This document shows, piece by piece, positions 27,443 to 39,994 of a DNA stretch of 64,000 nt. This DNA is from Macrostomum lignano (lineage: Eukaryota): assembly GCA_002269645.1 (NCBI GenBank), contig NIVC01000087.1:1-64000 (forward strand), in the 5' to 3' direction. Each line of letters opens with the position of its first letter. The stretch's first letter is position 1. The notes below the pieces were generated by a model. The model saw nothing but the letters and a program-made list of their open reading frames with translations. It did no database searches and was not told the origin of the DNA. The translations under genes and the position numbers were made by a program.

Positions 27443-27763
27443 CTGCATCCAGAAGAAGTACTTCTTGCTGCTAGATTTGAACTTGAGCAGATAAACCCGT
27501 CCAGTCGTGCACTGAGTCACCCGTTTAAATTCGCAATCATCAGGAAAGATGATCAAATCGTCTTCAACCAAGCCGCTGGTTCGATCTTTCCAACAAAAGT
27601 GCATCAGATTGTCGTCGCTCTGGTGCACGTAGACCATGCCCTTTTTATTGATAGGCCGGACCCAACCATCCTGCAGTGTCATCTTGCCAGCCTTGAATTC
27701 CACCAGATAGCGAGAGGCTGGAGCTACGGAACCGCCAGAGCCAGCGAATAAAGCGTGCGACAT
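27443..27763 (-). CDS. ADRM1: ADRM1/Rpn13 coding exon 1 (Pru domain); spliced product ~454 aa
   Basis: [10 protein letters not shown]...[67 protein letters not shown] is the conserved Rpn13 Pru signature; ATG 27763, donor GT at 27442. Confidence 0.96.
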
Positions 27764-27849
27764 TGTTGATTGGCGTGGGGGTTTCTGCAAAGATTTGACA
27801 GTCTATTAGTGACTTTGGCTAGATGCAGAGTTGATGATCTAGGTGATGA

Positions 27850-30800
27850 CGTACATTAAAGTTTTAATACTTGTTTCGCCTATAATTGCAAGTAAGCAAT
27901 ATAAGATCTCATGACTCAGGATTATAATATGATATATTTCAACTAGACATGATATATAATATTAAAATAGTAATAATAGCATGTGTATTTAATTAATAGA
28001 ATAGCTAAACAAAAATATATATTTATCTGGATATCCCAATATGAACATATAGGAAGGGTGCCCTAGACACTATTGCAAATAAATATTTGTGAACAAAAAC
28101 ATCTAAGAATATAGCACATGGCAGAATACATTATCAACTATAACTATATCATTGTCAGGTTATACTTATACATATATTGTCATTTATGTTGATACATATC
28201 AAAAGCTATATATCTAAAAAACTCATAATTAGGGCCTAGTTAAAAATAGATGAAAGCATGTTTTTAAAAATAAAAGTTCAAGATACAAAAGTAACTATAC
28301 GCTTGTATCTTTAAACTTAAAGAATCTTTATCTAAGCATGTAGGGTTGTTTAGGTTGTCTAATGTTTTTTTTATTAATGGCTTTTTATGTACTTTGAGTA
28401 TGTCACACAAATAATTTTATAACATGAAAATAGATGAACTTGCAATTGCAGATAAACAAAACTATATTAATCAACGATAGTTTCCCTATATATGATCCTT
28501 TGGCAATGCTTAATATAGATTGTCCATTTACACTTGCAGGTTTTTCCTCCAACTACTAGAACTAGTACAATGTAGCCTATTTGACCTCTATAGTTTGCAA
28601 AACTTAGAAAAGCTAGCCTGTCAGCCATTTGAATAGAAATCTAACATGCAAATTAAGTCTAGACTATAGAGACTCTGCCAAAGCAGAAAATGCAATAGCT
28701 ATATAGGAATACAGCTATAAATTGTCTATCTACCATAGCACCTTGTCCAAATGAATTGGAATAGGATTTAATAAAATCAACCTTAGCATTTGGCAGAGTT
28801 GTCTAGATATAGACTCATTTTAGATAGATGGTTGACATTGATATTCTTTGTTATCCTAGTTAAACTAGTTAGTTATATCTAGCAGCATTTCCTAATTCAA
28901 ACCTAGGACTACTTATTGAAGTCCTAAAATGGGGGCCAGTCATTATGTCTATAAATAATTTGTCTGCTGAGCAGACAAAAACTCTTTTTAAACTGTTCAT
29001 CTGCTAAGAAATAAGAATAGGAATGCAGATTGAGATTGGAGCTACCTAACAATCTCTGTTGATATTGGTTAAAGTGCTGCAGGAGTTGGTCTCTTCAAAT
29101 TTGACAATCTAAACTAGTTTATAGACAAGCCATTAGGGAAAAGGTTATTTTGGAAGGGCGAGACATAGTATTCAATAAACTCTAGATTTGAAACCAAGCA
29201 TGTCTTGTATCCAAGAATTGTTGAAAAAGAAAAATATTTATTGATATTTTTAATCTCTAGAAAACTTTCAAAAGTTTTAGTTCCATTGGTTTCTAATCAA
29301 GCTTATTATTCTTTCTATAGAAATTACTATAGAAAAGTAAAAATTCTATGCAGTAAGTAAAAAATTAAATGCATGTGCGTACAAAGTTTCATTACATTTT
29401 TTCTTAGGCTTTAAAGGAGCTTTAATAGGCTCTGAATTAATATTTGCATTGCTACATTTAAATTCAATAATATACAGAGTTTTCTGACAAAAAATCTATT
29501 ATTTTATACATCTTTTTTGAAATTTCGCTTTGCATGCTTGATATATAAAATAAACCTTAGATGAAATAGTTTGTTAAAATGACAATTTAACAATTTAATT
29601 TAACCCATAACAATTTAACAATATTAACAGACATGTTATTAAGTGGCTACTCACTGTATTCCTTTCCTCACCCCTATTTCCTAGCAAATGAACAATTTTA
29701 GAAGCAAAAGGTTTTTTGTCTACTTAGCAAACAAATGAATAAGAAACCTAAAACCTCTATTGGAATAAATTGACAAAAGGTGTCCAACCATCTGTTACAA
29801 TTTTATAATTTTCTAGTGTTACATTGTGGTTGAAATCAAGGTTTGGGAGATAATATTGAAATACAGTGCAATATAGTATAACTAAGATTTTTAAATGAAA
29901 TTTTAGATTTACCTAGCTATTTGGATTTGCCAGAGACCATAAGGACAGAGTGTAGACTGATGACTAGGCCCTATCATGCTGAAATGAAAGGAGGGTGGTC
30001 ATTCTAAGATTTTACAATTATTTTGCCTGGCTTAACAGCTTTGGCTTTAGAAGGTTCAATTAGGATTAGCACTGTCAGATTGCATTGGATTCTGTATAGT
30101 ATAAGATTAAATGTTGCCTTGCATTTTTGAGCCTTAATTTTAGACCCCATGTTGCATGTCTATAGGTTTTCTATTCTTATTCCAATAAGGCCTAAAACCA
30201 CCTAAAAATTATCTTAAAAGTTGGACAAATTGAGTTGTCTAGATAAAAATTTGGTCTAGAGAGATCTTCCTCAATTTCGACTATAGATTTTTCCCAATAG
30301 AAGCAAACAAAAGCATAGAACTTAGAACTAGATGTCTTGTCATGCATGATTCTTGGTTAATTCTAATTTTTGTTTATTGCATAAATAAGTTTTTGTCTTA
30401 AGTTATAACACCTAAAATATTTTTAATTTTATACTTTGCTATTTTAATATTTCAGATAGAGCCATCATGTCCATAGGCATAGCTAAATTATCATTTGGAA
30501 TAAGCCTGGCTAAGCTGTGTCATGTCAGTGAGACGTGTCAGGATTTTTCTCAAATAAATTTTTCGAAATCAATACGATTAAGTTGATGAGTAAAAAAGGT
30601 GGTTCTTCCTATTTTGGTGTAAAAATCAATTGAATTTCGAATTCACCAATTTCAGATTTACCAATTTTCATTTATCAACGGCGGACTCAGCACAGTCAGG
30701 CCAGTCAGCAGCTATATATACATGAATTAATGCGCTAGAGTAGCACAGCTAATTAAAATATGCTAAATAATTGAGCAGTTAATTTCTGAATCTTAGATAG

Positions 30801-31250
30801 AAGTGTAAACAATAAGATTAACCAAATTTTTGAAAATTAATTTTTCACTTTTTCGTCTATTTTTATTAGGGCTTAAAGCAACGAAAAGAGTGATTTTATT
30901 ATAACTCATAACTAAACACGGAAAATAAATGCGCTAACTTTTAGGACTTTCTCGATAAAAAATTTAGAATTCCGGCATCGTAGAACAGAACAAAAGCTGC
31001 AGGGGAGGTCATACAATTATTACTAGGAGTTATGTTTTCTTGAAAAATCTTGAATGTGGCGCTTAATGAACTATAAAATCTCAACGGTATTTTACACTTT
31101 GTTCCATATGATGAGGACGCACTTTTTTGCAAATTCCACGCTAGCAAATGGGCTCCAAACTTGCTAGCCTACTAACAGCAGGCTATGGGAATTTTTCTCC
31201 TTTTTATGTAATTTTCCTAAAATTCATACTAGTAGGACTTTTGTAGCTAT
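27850..31250. other. AT-rich, CpG-poor non-tandem island (possibly a decayed transposable element or a long intron/intergenic tract)
   Basis: Sharp compositional shift by eye; very few CG dinucleotides, many CTA/TAG; no long ORF. Confidence 0.45.
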
Positions 31251-31719
31251 ATAATTTTGCCATACAATTGTAGTTATAATAACATAGGCGCGGTTTTCGC
31301 TCCTTGGGGTTATAAATCATCGCTTTTGAACTGGTTTGACAGCCACCTGCGCCTCACTCAGTGTTGAGGCTGGCGCCAGATGGTCTGAGAGGATGCGGGC
31401 GGTAGCTTTTTACTCATCATTTTTTGACAGGCCATCAGATTTATGACGTCACGGCCTAAGTTCGTGTTCACTCAAACGTTTGACAGCTTTGACAGCTTAT
31501 GCGTTTTACCCCTAAAAGTACTTTGGGATTAGCGATTAGCGATTTCTCTTCATCATCTTCACTTTCTACTTAATAAGATCTTTCTAAAGTATATTTTTTC
31601 ATCAATTTTTGTCATTCCCATGCGAAAGGTCATAAATCATTATGTAGCGATTTTAAGTGATTTATGACCGCACCTGTCGTATTTTTATGGCCCCGAGGGA
31701 ACTGATAGGATCTTCTGGT

Positions 31720-31849
31720 CACGTGAGTTTGGGTGGCAACAAGCTCAGCCAATCAAAAAATTCGACGTCAGTTATAACAAATCGGCTCAGCCAATCAGCG
31801 TCGAGGTGTTTCATTATAACTAATTGCGGTCCAGTTGGCGGCTATAAAA
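31720..31849 (+). promoter_or_regulatory. Pol II promoter-like cluster: E-box CACGTG (31720), two CCAAT boxes (31749, 31791) in a ~42-bp duplication, TATAAAA (31843)
   Basis: Motifs read directly; spacing typical of CCAAT-TATA promoters; no downstream gene identified. Confidence 0.4.
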
Positions 31850-33510
31850 ACCTGCGTTTATGGCCTGCTCAGACTTCAACTTGGCCGGTCATCTGTCACC
31901 TGACACCCGGCTGCTACACGCGACCGTAGTCTCTTGATCCCCGGATCGCGACTCCCCCCGTCATCATCAAGGACGAATCCCCCCGGTCGTCAGCAGCGAA
32001 CATCAAGGTTAAAGATCATCACCTGCTAGCTATCTGCGAAGATTGTGACATCAGCATCATCCCGGGTCTACAGCTGCGAAGCACTAAGCCGATTCGGTCA
32101 CTGTGGATTACCTGGTCTCCGGCTGTTGAGTTTCTGATTGGTTGGGTCTTGGGTGAGAGGCTACCTAGACTTGCTTGATTGGGTGATCCCTTATCCGTCC
32201 CCCATTTCAGTAGCTGGATTTGGATTAGGCGCACAATTTTTCTCATTTCGTTCAACAGTGCTGTTATTGAGGCAGAAATCATTCAATAATACTGGTAGTT
32301 AGTCTGATACTCCAATTCAATCTGAATTGTGAAGTGATTAAGGAGAAGGTTAAATCTGACAGTTAGTTTTATCGGTTTTATTTCTTTGTTCGCGATGGCT
32401 CAGATGAGTAGCTAAGCTAGTAGGCGCCGGTCACAGTAGACCAATGGAAAGGCAGTTCTCAGGCGATCAATCTATCAAATCAGTGAGAAAAATTGCCAAT
32501 AGTGCAAAATCGGCGCTAGAGATATACTCTGTGCACTCTAGGTACGCCAAGCGGCTCGGGTAATAAATCATGCGGTCTCTGATGTTCGAGTTAGCCTATC
32601 ATCAGCGCTAGGAGAGGCTGGTTGGCGCATTGAAGGCCAAAGGTACAATTCCTCGTATTTAGCAATGTAATAGTACATGTAGCTACCCCATAGTCTCGCC
32701 ACTGCAAGAATCCCCTGCACAAGTCCCCTCTGTACCTGCATGGCCAATCCGATCAAGTCCCAGCAGTGTCCCTTACCATCGGCTATGACTTCGAGATTGA
32801 CAGCAAAAAGACACTAGTTGGCAGGTAAGTGCTAAGCCCCCTCTGGTCGGAAGCCCGATTTCAAAAATCCCGGTTTGATGAGCCAGAACGCACGGGCTGG
32901 TGGCAGCGGGTTAGTTAATCTGCGGATTAGCTTATCTCTACCTTCAAAATTCTCCCTGCTTGTCTCTCGCTGTCCCTCTCTTAGCTATAGGACCTAGACT
33001 GCTCGCCACAAGATCAAGCTACCATGGGGCTGACCATCTGACAGGAGTGGGGGGGGCAGGACACTACTTGATTTATTTCTGAGACATGAGGCCCGAAGGA
33101 TTCCCCTTTCGGGCCGAAAAGGCCGAAACCCATCACATAGGGCCAATGAATCCAAATAAAAAACCACGGCCTGTCTTTTGAATTGGTCTTTTGTTCTTTT
33201 ACTTATATACTGAGCACAGTATTTAGATTCTGTCGACCGTTATCTAGTTAATGCTCAAAGACTTCCCAAGGACTACTTAACACTTTACACTTTCAAAGTA
33301 CACTTTAGAAACGCATCTAGGAATCCCGTTATTTATGGTATTTCTTTCTGGCAAAAAGGGCACTAAAACATATAGACATACATTCAAAGCGGACTTTTAG
33401 AATTCTGCCAATATTTGCAAGTGTAACGTCCTGTGTTGTTAAGCAATCCTTGAGACTTCCACACCCAAAACCAAATTTTTCTATTTTCAGTAGTAAATGA
33501 CAAAATTGAC

Positions 33511-34160
33511 CAGGGGCGTCGCCATGGACTTTATGGTTGGGGCGGGACAAAGACAAGAATTCTACATTTTAGAATCCTACATCCTACTCATTTTAGCGCC
33601 GAAATCACTCATTTTAGCGCCGAAATCACTCATTTTAGCGCCGCGGGCACTCATTTTAGCGCCGCAGGCACTCATTCTAGCGCCGCAGGCACTCATTTTA
33701 GCGCTGCAGGCACTCATTTTAGCGCCGCAGGCACTCATTTTAGCGCCGTAGGCACTCATTTTAGCGCCGCAGGCACTCATTTTAGCGCCGTAGGCACTCA
33801 TTTTAGCGCCGCAGGCACTCATTTTAGCGCCGTAGGCACTCATTTTAGCGCCGCAGACACTCATTTTAGCGTCGTAGGCACTCATTTTAGCGCTGCAGGC
33901 ACTCATTTTAGCGCCGCAGGCACTCATTTTAGCGCTGCAGGCACTCATTTTAGCGCCGTAGGCACTCATTTTAGCACAGTAGGCACTCATTTTAGTGCAG
34001 TAGGCGCTATGTTTTGTCGCCATGCAGCAAAATTATTGATTTCCACAATGGGCTACAAGGTGGGGTGGGGGGGGGGGACAAAGCACTGGCATGTCCCCCC
34101 CAGATCTTTTACTGGGGGGGGACATATCCCCCTGTCCCCCCCCCGTTGGCGACGCGCCTG
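33511..34160. mobile_element. Non-autonomous hAT-type MITE (650 bp) containing a 21-bp internal minisatellite (33590-34010)
   Basis: 14-bp TIRs CAGGGGCGTCGCCA / TGGCGACGCGCCTG (1 mismatch); 8-bp flanks AAATTGAC / AAATGGAC (TSD with 1 mismatch); 8-bp TSDs are typical of hAT. Confidence 0.75.
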
Positions 34161-34721
34161 AAATGGACAACTAAAGCAGAAAATTAGCGCTGCGCTAGCG
34201 AATCGTTCAAATTTCGCCGGAGCTGCCGGTTTTCGGTGGACATGTACAAGTAATTAGTGAGTTTTCAGTACACTCACAAGTTTGTCGAGAAAGATTTCGA
34301 AAAAAAATATGATTAGAGTTATCGCAATTTTGGTCGCCTTGGGTTGGAGAACCTCGCGGGAACAGTCAAAATATACATTTAAAAGTGTATCATTTCTGCT
34401 GAGTTAAACGGATTTTGTAAAGATTTGCTTTTTTGGATATGGCGCTGATTGGATTTCGCGATAGACAAATTTGGTCAAGAAAAATCGACCGAGACCAAAC
34501 TCTACACTAAAGAGATATATAGATATAGGAGAGCTTAAATTTCGGCGGAACTTGTTGGCAATTTGATGAAAAATTAGCCTGATAAACTTTTTATTTCATT
34601 TTTTATTTTAGTTCAGAGCCACATGTAGTATGTACAGACACGCGCAGTGTATTCGTACGTGCATAACCGTACTTGCTGATCTATAATCGTATTTTTAGCC
34701 AATTCCCAAGAGTGGAAGGCC

Positions 34722-34913
34722 GGGGTCATCACAAACCCGAAAAATCACAACTCCGAAAACCAAAATAGTGTTGAAATTATTCGGAGTTATGATATTTCGG
34801 GATTCTGGTACGCTCGTATTTCGGGTTTATGATATTTCGGGTTATGATGTTTCAGGTTTATGATGGGAAGTGCATTCGGAGTTGTGATTTTTCGGGTTTA
34901 TGATGGCAACCCC
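34722..34913. mobile_element. Small MITE-like element with ~36-bp TIRs and subterminal TTCGGG/TTCGGA repeats
   Basis: GGGGTCATCACAAACCCGAAAAATCACAACTCCGAA at left vs TTCGGAGTTGTGATTTTTCGGGTTTATGATGGCAACCCC at right; no clear TSD. Confidence 0.6.
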
Positions 34914-35976
34914 CCAGGAGTAGCTATTTTCTAGCTATTTGTAATCGTCCGCAGTCCAACTTCAAAAGCCGGTATGATCAAGATAAAAGTCTCAATCGAT
35001 CGCAACTAACCGATAGTGTACGTAGATTTAGGTGTAATTTTGAACCAGAATTTAGCTCGTATGCGTATACACAAATTTCTGCTTGCACAGCTGCAGAGCA
35101 CACACAGTAAATTGTATGTACAATGTCAGCTTCCTGTTTATAGCCAATTCACCGCACCGGACAACATGTATAGCTTTTGTTAAGATTTTTGGCATTCAAA
35201 GAAATCCCTTTGTGCGTCAACATAGCTGTTCGGGTCGTATGTACACGTTTAGCATGCCCGCGGGATTTAGTAGGGTTAAACTAATTGGTTCGAGGGGACG
35301 TCGGAAGTTGTCATAGCAACCAAGGTTGGGGATGTCGCGCACTACGCGTATTTCGCACCCACCCCACAGGTTGGGCAATGGCCGGAACCTAATAGAGCTG
35401 AGGAAGGAAGCGAGGCCAGGGCAAACAATTCCGTCGGTGGCTGGCCAGGACCCCGGAGGGCCTCTCAAAGCTGTGGTTGTCAGGACCAACCCAAATATGC
35501 TCTGTAGCTGCAGTCGGCTTCCTGTAGGAGGTATGGGAGAGGATTTTCTAGGGAAGGACAGTGAGCATGCAGTGGACGGTTGCCTGTACTCAAAATGGGG
35601 TTGCAGTCAATGGCAGCTCTTTAACGACTCCCCCAAGCTGATTGCTGCGGACTGTAGGGCGAGGGAAAGAGTCCTTCACACACCAATGATCCCCTCGCGT
35701 GGCAACGCCAATTCTGAGCTGAACAGAAGTACATGCATGCACTCTCCTCTCTCTCTCTACCACCTATGCGACAGTTTCTCTCCCCCATTTTCCTCCCTCT
35801 CGCCCACCGTATCCAAGCCCTTTGCATCAGCCATTGCGCCAATCCTAGCTATAGTTCCACAATAAAGAGCCGCTTCTGAGAAGCGATTGAATGGACTGGC
35901 TGGTGCCGGAGTTAGAAACTAGATTTCTTCATTTTCGACTGCGATCGCCTAAACTGAGCCTTAACCTAAAAGCGAC

Positions 35977-36118
35977 ATGTCGGCCACTATTTCGACAATG
36001 CCGTCGCCAGCGACTAACACGACGGAACAGGACAAGTACAGCCGGCTGACTGTGCCCTCCTTCTCTATTCAGTGGGCCGTGGCGTTGTGTACATGCAACT
36101 TTATTGTGCCTGGCTTGG
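35977..36118 (+). CDS. Spec3/Stum-family small membrane protein, exon 1
   Basis: ...VPSFSIQWAVALCTCNFIVPGLG matches the family motif A..C..lNf..PGLGT; donor GTGAGT at 36119, phase 1. Confidence 0.85.
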
Positions 36119-36156
36119 GTGAGTCCATATATGAGTGTCTGAAGAAGCATGTAGTG

Positions 36157-36945
36157 CAGGGTCCTGACATAGCTGCACTGTGCAATGTGCTGTCATTGCT
36201 GCAAGGGTCCTGACAGAGCTGCACTGTGCAATGTGCTGTCATTGCTGCAGGGTCCTGACATAGCTGCGCTGTGCAATGTGCTGTCATTGCTGCAGGGTCC
36301 TGACATAGCTGCACTGTGCAATGTGCTGTCATTGCTGCAGGGTCCTGACATAGCTGCACTGTGCAATGTGCTGTCATTGCTGCAGGGTCCTGACATAGCT
36401 GCACTGTGCAATGTGCTGTCATTGCTGCAAGGTCCTGACATAGCTGCACTGTGCAATGTGCTGTCATTGCTGCAAGGGTCCTGACAGAGCTGCACTGTGC
36501 AATGTGCTGTCATTGCTGCAGGGTCCTGACATAGCTGCACTGTGCAATGTGCTGTCATTGCTGCAAGGGTCCTGACAGAGCTGCACTGTGCAATGTGCTG
36601 TCATTGCTGCAGGGTCCTGACATAGCTGCACTGTGCAATGTGCTGTCATTGCTGCAGGGTCCTGACAGAGCTGCACTGTGCAATGTGCTGTCATTGCTGC
36701 AGGGTCCTGACATAGCTGCACTGTGCAATGTGCTGTCATTGCTGCAGGGTCCTGACAGAGCTGCACTGTGCAATGTGCTGTCATTGCTGCAGGGTCCTGA
36801 CATAGCTGCACTGTGCAATGTGCTGTCATTGCTGCAGGGTCCTGACAGAGCTGCACTGTGCAATGTGCTGTCATTGCTGCAGGGTCCTGACATAGCTGCA
36901 CTGTGCAATGTGCTGTCATTGCTGCAGGGTCCTGACATAGCTTCT
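36157..36945. repeat. 45-bp minisatellite GGGTCCTGACA(T/G)AGCTGCACTGTGCAATGTGCTGTCATTGCTGCA in intron 1
   Basis: ~17 tandem copies. Confidence 0.97.
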
Positions 36946-37031
36946 CAACGCAGGATTCTTGGGAAAAATTATAGCATTTTTTATAGCTGAGCAACTGTTT
37001 AAAAGTGCAATCATGTTTATCCTTAATTTAG

Positions 37032-37220
37032 GCACTCTGATGGCCGGGCTCTCTCTGTGCTGCCCGTGCAGCAATAGGAAAGATTTCGACTGTCGGGACA
37101 CCTGCTGCTCCGCCTGCATCCAGCTGGGCATCGCCCTGATGCAGCTCCTGCTGACTCCCGTGTGCCTCGTTGGCTGGATTTGGAGCTGCGTTTGGGGCTT
37201 TGCTTTCATCGGACAGTCTG
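37032..37220 (+). CDS. Spec3/Stum-family protein, exon 2
   Basis: GTLMAGLSLCC...ACIQLGIALMQLLLTPVCLVGWIWSCVWGFAFIGQS contains the family hallmark QL...vGWIWS..WG; acceptor TTTAG at 37031, donor GTGAGT at 37221. Confidence 0.9.
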
Positions 37221-37367
37221 GTGAGTTTCAAGTGTCGCCTTGGTACACGCGAATCATTTTACAGCCTCATTTGACCCCAATAGGTTTGGGGCTCAGATTT
37301 CCACATGGCGTTGAACTCAGATACTAGCAAACGACATTGTGAGGTTGTTTGGTCCTATATAAAACCG

Positions 37368-38605
37368 GATGTCATTTGGTTAACTGAAGAACCCAGATGT
37401 CAATTGATTAGCTGAAGAACCCAGATGCCAATTGGTTAACTGAAGAACCCAGATGTCATTTGGTTAACTGGAGAACCCAGATGTCATTTGGTTAACTGGA
37501 GAACCCAGATGTCATTTGGTTAGCTGAAGAACCCAGATGTCAATTGGTTAACTGAAGAACCCAGATGTCAATTGGTTAGCTGAAGAACCCGGAGGTCATT
37601 TGGTTAGCTGAAGAACCCGGATGTCATTTGGTTAACTGAAGAACCCAGATGTTAATTGGTTAACTGAAGAACCCAGATGTCATTTGGTTAGCTGAAGAAC
37701 CCGGATGTGATTTGGTTAACTGAAGAAGCCAGATGTCAATTGGTTAGCTGAAGAACCCGGAGGTCATTTGGTTAGCTGAAGAACCCGGATGTCATTTGGT
37801 TAACTGAAGAACCCAGATGTTAATTGGTTAACTGAAGAACCCGGATGTCATTTGGTTAGCTGAAGAACCCGGATGTGATTTGGTTAGCTGAAGAACCTAG
37901 ATGTCAATTGGTTAACTGAAGAACCCAGATGTCATTTGGTTAGCTGAAGAACCCAGATGTCAATTGGTTAACTGAAGAACCCAGATGTCAATTGGTTAGC
38001 TGAAGAACCCGGAGGTCATTTGGTTAGTTGAAGAACCCGGATGTGATTTGGTTAGCTGAAGAACCTAGATGTCAATTGGTTAGTTGAGGAATACAGCATG
38101 CCATTTGGTTAACTGAAGAACCCGGATGTCATTTGGTTAGCTGAAGAACCCGGATGTGATTTGGTTAGCTGAAGAACCTAGATGTCAATTGGTTAACTGA
38201 AGAACCCAGATGTCATTTGGTTAGCTGAAGAACCCAGATGTCATTTGGTTAACTGAAGAACCCAGATGTCATTTTGTTAGCTGAAGAACCCAGATGTCAA
38301 TTGGTTAGTTGTAGAACTCAGATGTCAATTGGTTAAGTGAAGAACCCGGATGCCATTTGGTTAGCTGAAGAACCCGGATGTCATTTGGTTAACTGAAGAA
38401 CCCGGATGTCAATTGGTTAGTTGAAGAACCCGGATGTCATTTGGTTAACTGAAGAACCCGGATGTCAATTGGTTAAGTGAAGAACCCAGATGTCATTTGG
38501 TTAGCTGAAGAACCCGGATGTCATTTGGTTAGCTGAACAACCCGGATGTCATTTGGTTAGCTGAAGAACCCGAATGCCATTTGGTTAGCTTAAGAACCCG
38601 GGTGT
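37368..38605. repeat. 28-bp minisatellite GATGTCA(T/A)TTGGTTA(A/G)CTGAAGAACCC(A/G) in intron 2
   Basis: ~44 tandem copies. Confidence 0.96.
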
Positions 38606-39744
38606 CATTTAGTCAGTAGTTCTAGAGTAGTTCTAGTTCATGTAGTTCTAGAAGCAGGATATCGTTTGGCTATTTAGTTAAACCAAAGTGTTGATTTTCC
38701 AGTAGGATCAGGATACTAAAATTGTCATCGACGACAGTCCAGTGTCCCGACTAGCATTGTTACAATTTCAACTGGGTCGCCCTTTACTGAACCGACGCTC
38801 ATGCATGGTTATGAGTAACTATAATTATACGAGTAGTATGGGGCCTGCAATTAGCTATAAGTCCAGTAAGGCAGGGTTTGGCAGGGTGCTGATCAAATAT
38901 TTGCCCCACTTGCATGTATAAGTAGAGCGGATTTGCTCAAAGCTGACAGAACCGATCTCCTTTCTGCTTTGGTAGCTTGTTACTGTAGATCTATCGAATA
39001 ATGAATGTAAAGCAAATGTTACCAAATATGAAATTATGATTCTAATTATGATGATGTGAGGATGATTAAAAGCTTTTGGTATGCCCCTGCTGCGGTAACT
39101 TTTATTGATAACGGAGGACCAACGATTCCCTTGGTTAACATGCCAGTTCAAAGAGATCTGAGGGCGACCCGCGATGCACCGAACAACCAGCTGAGACTGA
39201 CGCGGGCCTCCGACATCAGACACCAGAGCTTGAATCGTTTAATTTTTACAGCCGATCAAAGTCCCGTGTTTCTCTTCTTAAGGCGATCTGCCGTTACGGC
39301 AAGCTGCCGTTATCATGATCAGGATATTATTTCCCGTATCTAAGGTAAACCCCAATCAGCGTAACCGGAAGCTCAGCAGGAGCGTTAGAGAGCATTGGCT
39401 AAAATAAAAATGCCCGTCATGGGCATCAAACTTTTGAAAAAGTTTTGTTGTCATAGGCAACATGCCCGTTTTTCAAACCTCCAGTCCTGAAGCAATCAAA
39501 AGCCAATTAAAGCATTCATAGAGAGCCATTCCGACGAGGGTAGCAAAATGACGGGCGTCTGAGTCTCGTATTGATTACATCAATATCATTTTAGTGCAGA
39601 AAAAAGCATCCTTGATAGTGCTCTATCCTAGGGTCAAAGTAAGTACTTTAGCAAGCTGTGTAGCCACAGCGAAGCATTCAGTGTAATTGAATTTTTATAA
39701 ACTATTAGAACACAGTTGAGTTTTAAAATGAAGCATCACACAAG

Positions 39745-39994
39745 GTGGTTGTAAGCCTAGTGGTTAGAGCGTCCGATTAACTACCGAATAGTCGGGGGTT
39801 CGATTCTCGACCCACTCGGAAAAATTTGTGTCCTTGAGCAAGACACTTAACTCTGCATTGCTTCAGTTCACCCAGCTGAAAATAGGTGCCTGCAATTTCT
39901 GGGGTATTTGAGGGTGGCGACTTCCCAGTCCTTGGACTGAACAGCCGTAGCTGTCGGTTGCACATCTGGCCATACAGGGCAGGTGTGATAAAAA
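39745..39994 (+). mobile_element. tRNA-derived SINE with a CORE-like central domain (~250 bp)
   Basis: Box A-like GCCTAGTGGTTAG, box B GGTTCGATTC; TGTGTCCTTGAGCAAGACACTTAAC...TTCAGTT...CTGAAAATAGG resembles the MIR/CORE domain; 10-bp TSD ATCACACAAG at 39735-39744 and 39995-40004. Confidence 0.75.

Noticed and set aside
35326-35865. 179-aa ORF upstream of the Stum-like gene
   Set aside because: No recognisable motif, non-ATG start, no clear splice context; may be a repeat remnant.
39745-39815. tRNA gene
   Set aside because: A and B boxes are present but no convincing acceptor stem; it continues into a SINE body and is flanked by a TSD.
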